From: a virus
Length of the DNA stretch: 64,000 nt
Direction: 5' to 3' (one strand)
IMG/VR virus record: IMGVR_UViG_3300045988_172855
Shown: one piece after another, positions 55,523 to 63,000 of the stretch
Layout of the letters: every line of letters starts with the position of its first letter
Position numbering within the stretch: the first letter of the stretch is position 1
Notes under the pieces: model-generated
Told to the model about the DNA's origin: nothing
Databases searched by the model: none
What the model saw: the letters and a program-made list of their open reading frames with translations, nothing else
Translations under genes and position numbers: made by a program

Positions 55523-55560
55523 TGCATAAAAATACCAAACAATTTTATATCTACAAACAA
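55523..55560 (-). promoter_or_regulatory. promoter box candidate for the 1809-aa gene, just outside the left inverted repeat
   Basis: Minus strand reads TTTGTTTGtagatataaaattgtttggTATTTTTATgcattaaaagaatgtaaaATG, with 19 nt between TTG and TA. Confidence 0.4.
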
Positions 55561-55561
55561 A

Positions 55562-57037
55562 TTGCTTATTAATTCACAATCAATCACGCTCTATGCCCTC
55601 TACATAAGCTCATCAGGGTGGTTTGCTCCTGTGACGAGTAAGTCGATAGATGTAGAAAATATAAATAATTATTATACAGGTTTACAAGGTAAAGATAAAT
55701 TAAAAGAAGGTACTTCTTCGTTTGGATATTATTTTGATAATCATATCGATTATCGAGGTAATAGTCAACCCATGTTTAGTGTTGCAGATTTTGGTAGAAG
55801 TGGTATATCAATTAATTTGGGTTTTTATTATATTAATGAGTATAATGAAATTATTTCAGATAGAAGTGAGCAATTTCATGCCAATTCTAACAAAGTTATT
55901 TTAAGAGGAAAATTATTGGTAGCTTCCAATCAAATTAACAGTATGGTTGCTGCTATAGGTTGTGTTTCGAGCTCTGATAATCAATTTTCAAGATCTATTT
56001 GGATGGTTTATAAGGGAACGGGTTATAAAGTACGGAGAACTACGAACTTTTCCAGTTCTACTAATTTATTAAAAGCGTACAGTAGTTACACTTTACAAAA
56101 TGCGATATATTGGGGACAATGGAAAGGTAGTGATAATTATATAGGAAGTTATTCAGCTAATCCCTTAGGACATTCACTAACAGTTGGGTACATATTATCA
56201 GATCCCAATTATGGTACTAGCGGAGAAGTTGATATATCGTTAGGTGGTATAGTTGTAAATTTTCTCAAGGCGATATTAATAGAAACTGAAACAGTAACGA
56301 GTGGAACTGTAGGAATATATGCTAAAATCGTTCTTTTAGGCATCCATGATGATCGTAGTAAAACATTGTATTACGTGAAAATACGGTGTTATAATTCAGG
56401 TAGTGTATCGTACATTCAAAAAGTAGGTGATATAGTTTCTTATAAATCAGTCAACCGTCCAATGGGAGCTAATTTATGGTTTACGACTGATAGAAAATGG
56501 ATGTTTTTTCCACCTTCAGGTGATAGTTTTTATCCTAAAGGAATAAACTCATATTATGCTAATGGTCAACAATTGATAGTAGATGGTTCAACTTCTATGC
56601 CTGATGATGTTAGTTATCTGAATTCATCTCACACATCTGCAATGAGATCTGCTTTGCAAAATGTATACGTATTAGAGATTTTGTTTAACAAGACTCAAAC
56701 TAAAATGATTGTATTAACAAATACAACTGGAGCTGCATTTGAAATTGGAGATTTTGAAGGTAATTACAATCCTGATGCTATGTATTGTTTTCAATTGGTA
56801 AATAATTCTTGGGTACAAATTTCAACTCAAGCTATAGATAGACAAAATGTTTTAGCTTCGTATAATTCAACTGGAAATCAAGGTATCAAGTATAAATCAA
56901 GTCTTTCTCTTTGTGATAAATCAAATGATCTCGGTTCATTAGCTATGTTTGGTAGTCAATATAGTTTTAACTGGGCATTTCCTGCAAATAGCAAACCGAC
57001 TGTATTTTATACATCAAAAATAACGTGGGGTGAATGA
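55562..57037 (+). CDS. silent alternative C-terminal cassette of the giant tail fibre (no ATG start)
   Basis: This is the only + strand coding segment in the window. The track start is a TTG, and the first in-frame Met is about 70 codons in. Codons 6-27 (QSITLYALYISSSGWFAPVTSK) are nucleotide-identical to the fibre gene at 58373..58438. The rest is homologous to the fibre C-terminus, for example HTSAMRSALQNVYVLEILFNKTQTKMIVLTN versus HTSAIRSALSNVYVQEIIFNKTSDKMIVLTN. Confidence 0.75.
   Translation: MLINSQSITLYALYISSSGWFAPVTSKSIDVENINNYYTGLQGKDKLKEGTSSFGYYFDNHIDYRGNSQPMFSVADFGRSGISINLGFYYINEYNEIISDRSEQFHANSNKVILRGKLLVASNQINSMVAAIGCVSSSDNQFSRSIWMVYKGTGYKVRRTTNFSSSTNLLKAYSSYTLQNAIYWGQWKGSDNYIGSYSANPLGHSLTVGYILSDPNYGTSGEVDISLGGIVVNFLKAILIETETVTSGTVGIYAKIVLLGIHDDRSKTLYYVKIRCYNSGSVSYIQKVGDIVSYKSVNRPMGANLWFTTDRKWMFFPPSGDSFYPKGINSYYANGQQLIVDGSTSMPDDVSYLNSSHTSAMRSALQNVYVLEILFNKTQTKMIVLTNTTGAAFEIGDFEGNYNPDAMYCFQLVNNSWVQISTQAIDRQNVLASYNSTGNQGIKYKSSLSLCDKSNDLGSLAMFGSQYSFNWAFPANSKPTVFYTSKITWGE
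55577..55642 (+). repeat. left arm of the 66-bp perfect inverted repeat
   Basis: caatcaatcacgctctatgccctctacataagctcatcagggtggtttgctcctgtgacgagtaag is the exact reverse complement of 58373..58438. Confidence 0.95.
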
Positions 57038-57047
57038 TTCACCCCAC
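57025..57047. terminator. bidirectional hairpin terminator shared by the two convergent cassettes
   Basis: 10-bp perfect stem gtggggtgaa / ttcaccccac with a 3-nt loop, tga. That loop is the stop codon of the + cassette. T-runs flank the hairpin. Confidence 0.65.
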
Positions 57048-57052
57048 TTCTT

Positions 57053-60000
57053 TTACCATATTGTATTTGTATAAGATATATAATAATCCACATTATAAGC
57101 AGGTTTACCCCAAGAAAGAGTCCAATTACCGTCATTATCCTGTAATAATAACGAAGGTCTTTTTAAAGAGTCGCTTTCGTTATAAGAATTCCACAAATTA
57201 ACTCTATCGACAATAGAAGAAACGTTTATCCATGATGCCGTATTTGCTTGATAAACAAATGCAAACATTCTATCAGGATTATGAGAATCTCCGTCGAATG
57301 TAAAACTATTTGTAACAGCAAATGAACCTGAAACACTATTCGTCAATACGATCATTTTATCAGACGTCTTATTGAAGATAATTTCCTGTACATAAACATT
57401 TGATAATGCACTTCTAATTGCAGATGTATGAGATGTATTGAGGTAAGAAGCGTTATTTTCAATGTAATTTGTAACATTGCTTGTTATAAATTCTTTGTTA
57501 CCATAATAGGAATTTAATCCTTTTGGATAAGCAATAGATGTATTTTGAGATTTAGGAACAAAAAATATCCATTTTGTATCAAAACTAACCCAAATATTGG
57601 GTCCGAGATTTTGATTAAAAACATGATTTGAAGGAGTTTCGTAAAATGAAGATAAAGAACCTAAATGTCCACTACTATTGACATTGAAATTACCCGTAAC
57701 AATTTCAAAAATATAAGAATCATTGCCTCTTAATATCAAAAGTGCTTTTTTATCAGCGAATCCTATCAATTTTATACCATAATAATCACTTGAAATATTG
57801 TCAGGAAGTACGTGAGCATTTGTAGAACATGATCCTGATAGCAATGCTACAGTATTTTCCCTTATTGCTCTTGATTCAAATGCTTTAGAGAGAACTAAAC
57901 AATAGTCTGAATGATAAATATGACAAAATGCATGAGTACTTGTGTAAGTATTAAATACTCTTTTTATTGATCTTATACTTGTATCTCCGAATGATCTTGC
58001 TGATCGACCTTCGTTTACTCCTCTATATGTAATCGTATTCACATAATAAACACTGTTTGCATGCCATGTAAAATGTTTAAATATATTCACACTATAACCA
58101 TCAGATCCCTTTGAACTATAAATGCATCTTGTTTTAGAAACCTGTGATGTTGTAAATTGCGAATAATTCCTAGTATTGCCGCCATCGGACGGATAAAAAT
58201 ATGTATCTATTGAAGAACTTGCATTTGAAACACTAGCTAAAAATAAACTAGAATTAACGCCAGGTGTATATGGGAAAAAGGCACAACAACTACTAGTATT
58301 TGCATTTTCCCTGCTATATCGATTATTATCTGATATACCGGTATATACTGTTCTAATAGCCCTAGCTACTTTCTTACTCGTCACAGGAGCAAACCACCCT
58401 GATGAGCTTATGTAGAGGGCATAGAGCGTGATTGATTGATCAGAGATGAAAGAAACTGCCGACCCGCTTCGATTAGGAACGGGGAAATTATTTGTTCCAG
58501 TTCCTCCCCAAGCAGTCGATCCCCCTGCTTCAGTCCAGTAATTACCCGGTCTGATTTTTAAAACCAATTGACCACTTGCGTTAGTTGTTCCACTATAATT
58601 TACTGCACTATTATTATTTGACAGTTTTACGATACAACTTGCAGCAACCAATGATGTATTATCACTTCTCTTTACATTGATAGTTAAATTCATTTCAGAA
58701 GGTACTAATTTCAATGTAAAATTAGTTGTGTTCGCGTTAGTTGTGTTCAGTATATCGTATCTTGATGCACTAATGATATATCTATTAGTTAATCCTGAAA
58801 CATATACAGTCGTTTGTCCATTTGAATTTGTAGTTAAATTCTGTGCTGATGCTGACGTAGCGTTACTACCATCTATACCATATACAGTAACAGTTGCTCC
58901 GCTAACATTTGCATTTGTCAAACTATTCTGAACCGTTAATGTTAAAGCCTTAATAGCTGTAAAATATTTTATTCCCGTTACATTGCTAAAATTATATGTA
59001 GGAGTGACATTATACATCGTATGAGTTGTCGTTGTACCTGTTACGAAATAAGCATTTGAAGCTCCCATTGTCGTATTCAAACCAGCTATAAACGTATAAT
59101 TTGCAATAACATAATTTGAATTATGATCAATTCCTAATGTTACAGTGGTAGCTACACCTGCAGTTGTATAAACCGGTTTAAATAAATTTACACCACCTGC
59201 TTTTAAATAAAAATCTCTTGATCCTTGAGTAGGTACTCTGAAATACCATATCAAAATAACATTCTTAGTCAATCGAACAGCACTTTTTTGAATAGAAGCT
59301 GTTGGCATTGTAATATCTACAGACTGCGCTCCCCAATAAGAAGTTCCTCCACCCCAACTCAAAGTATAAGTTCCTTGAATCATCGGACCAAACGAAACTT
59401 GACCGGAAGAGTTGGTGTTGCCACTAAATGTAATTGACGTCTTGTTTTTATTAGTGAGTTTTACAGGACAACCATTTGCATTTCCTTTATCTGCACCTTG
59501 ATAATTATCTTTAATTGTTATTGTAATCGAAGAAGAAGTTTCACTTAAAGTTACATTCCAAGGAGAGGCTTGAGTAGCTGGAATCGATCCTGATGCTGTG
59601 TTATACAAACTCTTAGAAAAGCTGTAACTATAATTAGGAGTTCGTCCTCCTCTATAAACCGTAGCGTTACCACTACCATCTGTAGTTACAGTTTGTCCAA
59701 ATAATGTTGCACTTACGCCACTTATATTCCATCCATAATTAGAACTCTTCACATTTGCAACGAATTGCGTTTTAGACGTCATTGTCATTGTCCACGATTC
59801 ACCTTCTCTTGTCCAAACGTGAGTTTGCGTTCCGTTACTATAATATCCGGCGTTAGCTTTTGGAGTGTAAGAGTACGTCAATCCTGCATAAACTGTATTT
59901 GATTTTCTACCACTTCCATCTAATGTTAACTCAGTTACAGCTCCTAATACAGTTCTATTTACAATTGAATTTAAAAATGCCCCTGTATAAGTTCCTAACT

Positions 60001-63000
60001 TTTCCATTACAGTTAGTGTTACTGTAACAGTTGTTCTCGTAAATGTTATATTATAAGGAGTAGATTGTCCGTGAGTTACAGTTCCGATGTAAGCATTAAA
60101 ATAAGTTGCACTACCATTAATAGGTTTGTCTAAACCACTTCGATAAAATACTGCATTACCACTTCCATCTGTAGTCTTCGTCTGATTAAAATATGTCAAT
60201 GAAGCTCCGCTAATATTTGTATTAGCAGGTACATTGCTCTTAACATTTACAGTTATTTGAGCAGAACATGCCAAAGACATATTAAACGTTTGATTAGCTG
60301 ATGTATAAGTATAACTTTGACTAGGATTACTATAATAATTTGAATGATCAACTACCGCAAAAGTTGTTGGAATACCAAGATATGTTGTTACTGTAGTTGC
60401 ACCATTTATATCCAATGTAATTTTAGAAGAACTTCCATTCTTCGTCATTGTTAATGATTTAGATGCATAAACGTTTGTTCCAGCTATATTCGGAATAGTT
60501 TCTACGACCTTTATTGATACAGTCGCTTGATTTCGACTCATTACAATATTAAAAGGAGAAGTATTCGAAGGAGTAATTGTTCCACTATAATTTGCATGAT
60601 ATGTAACTGTCGAAGTTATCGATTTATCCAAACCACTTCGATAAAATACTACGTTCCCATCCGCACCTGTCGTTTTCGTCTGATTAAAATATGTAACAGA
60701 TGCGTTAGATAGATTAGCTGAAGGAGCATTACTCTTAACATTTACAGTTATTTGAGCAGAACATGTAAGTGTCATATTCCAATTCTCATTGACTGTATTA
60801 AACGTATGTACTTGAGTTGAATTATTATAAAAATTAGCATTATCTACAACAGTAAATGTCATTTCTGTCCCCAAATAACCGTTGAAAGTTGCGTTTCCTG
60901 AAGAGTCAAGAGTTAAAGTTCCCTTTGCACTGCCTGCAGACCAATTTATTTTTTTAGAAGCGTAATTCCAGGTTCCTGTTACTCCTGGAATAGATTCTAC
61001 AACATGAATTTTTACCGGATTGGCTGCACGAGTCAAAATTACCTTTATAGGAGAGACCTGATCACTTGTAATTAAACCTGAATAAGATTCTAGAAAATCT
61101 GCTGATACAGATATATTCCGATTCAATCCACTTCGATAAAATGTCGCATTTCCATCTGTATTCGTCGTCTTAGTTTGATTGAAGTATGTAACAGATGCGT
61201 TAGGTAAAGGTTCTCCAGCTGGAACATTAGCTTCTACATGAACAACTAAAGTTGTAGAACACGTTAAGATCATTGTCCACGATTCACCTATTGTAGCAAA
61301 CGTGTGACTTTGACTAGAATTACTGTAATAATTAGGATGGTCGATTACTGCAAAAGTTGTCGGAATCCCTAAATAACATTTAAATGATATTGCACCATCA
61401 TCATTTAATGTCAACGTTCCGTTCCCGGCTGCATTCGTATACGTGATCTGCTTGTTTGCATAATTTAAATTACCTTCAATGTTAGGAATCGCTTCTTTAA
61501 CATTAATCGTTACTGACTGCAACTCTCTAAACAATTTGATTGCTATAGGAGATGAGTTTGTTGCTTCGATATTTCCGGTAGTTGTTCTATAATCATCTTT
61601 TGTTACAGAATAATCTTTTGTTAAAGCTGATCGATAAAATACTGCATTACCACTACTATCTGTGGTTTTTGTTTGTAAATTATATTGTATATTTGCACCA
61701 GAGATATTAACGTTTGAATAAGTATCTTTAACGTTTAATGTAATCTGTGCAGTTACATTCAAATTCATATTCCATACAAAACCATCTTCTGTCCACGTAT
61801 ACGACTGCGTAGGATTGGAATAAAAATTCGCATAATCATCGACTGTAAATGTATATTCTAATCCTTTGATCAATGTCATAACTGCAGTACCATTTTCGTC
61901 AAGGCTTATGGTAATTTCACCTGCCTTTGAATTCATCGTCAAAGTTTTATTTGACAATGCAGCAAATACTGAACTTGATCCGTATAGCTCTCGAACCTCA
62001 ATCTGAGCATTAATTAACTCATATTGAACCTCTACTTCGAGTTCTGTTCCTGCTTCTGTTTGCGGATGATCAAAAACTCCTGTCGTAACTTCACCAGCTA
62101 ATACAGAATATTGATATGTACCCGTCAAAACATTCGGAATATTAGCTACACCATCGATATCTGTCGTTCCTTCGTAAACTAAAGATTCGTCTTTAGTATT
62201 CGTGATTCGCACTATTATATTTTCAGGAGGCAAAATTCCACCAGTAGAAACTGTAAATTTTACCGGATAGCTTTTTGCTTCTAAAGTAAATTCTAATTTC
62301 GTTTCTTGTCCTGTTGGCGTTAGCGATCCTGTAAGATCGTTGTAATATTGTTTTCGGATTGTATAATTCATTGACACAGGAGACAAATAAATATAAGCAA
62401 TACCTGCATTATTCGTCTCTTGTATTTGATCAACTGACATTCCTGTAAACGTAACTTGCGCTCTTTCTAAATCTCCATATAAATCACTTGAAACGTGAAC
62501 AGGAATTCGTTTAGAACATGTATAAGTTAGAGTTATGTTTTGAGTTGCTCCATTAGAATAATCTAAAGTAAACGGATCTCCTTCTCCTTCGTAAAAACCA
62601 ACCGGTTGAATCGCAAATCGCTCAGGTAATCCAGCGTAAACCGTTTTTGTTACCTGTCCATTTGCATTTGTAGTTAGATTGCTTCCTGAAGAAGTATTTT
62701 TTTCAACATAAAACGGTGACAAAACCAATCCCGCTTTTACAGGATTAGCTGTCGAAGAAATTAACGGAAGAATTTCTTTAATGGTTGCAGTTACAGAAAT
62801 CGTTCTTCTTACTGCAACCATTTCAACAGGATTATCTAAAGGAAGATAAATATCTTTAGTTGCAATATCGTAATTATTATTTGCACTACCAATTGTAATT
62901 CTATATTCTCCTGGCGGGATATTGAATTGTCCGTTTCCTGACGAATTAAAATCTCCATTATCGTCTGTTGTACCTGTAAAAGTGTATTGTTGAGAAGTTG

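Larger units (their letters stand above)
55577..58438. other. putative invertible DNA segment (2862 bp) carrying two convergent fibre C-terminal cassettes
   Basis: The inverted repeats are in frame in both cassettes, with 22 complete codons each. The cassettes converge on a shared hairpin at 57025..57047. Identity ends abruptly on both sides of the repeats. Confidence 0.6.

Noticed and set aside
55562-55564. TTG at 55562 as a genuine start codon for an independently expressed + strand protein.
   Set aside because: There is no SD and no promoter box upstream on the + strand. The region upstream is the divergent promoter and leader of the 1809-aa gene. The ORF begins inside sequence shared with the fibre gene. 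It is interpreted as a silent cassette instead.
622-60712. Numerous + strand ORFs of 60-125 aa in the track, for example 622..912, 1655..2026, 6239..6491, 24444..24815, 32857..33156, 47039..47386, 53123..53425 and 58677..58931.
   Set aside because: Every one lies entirely antisense within a longer minus-strand gene that has recognisable motifs or tight operon packing. Their products are low-complexity, Leu/Ile/Phe/Ser-rich translations typical of shadow ORFs in AT-rich DNA. Only 55562..57037 is independent of a minus-strand gene.
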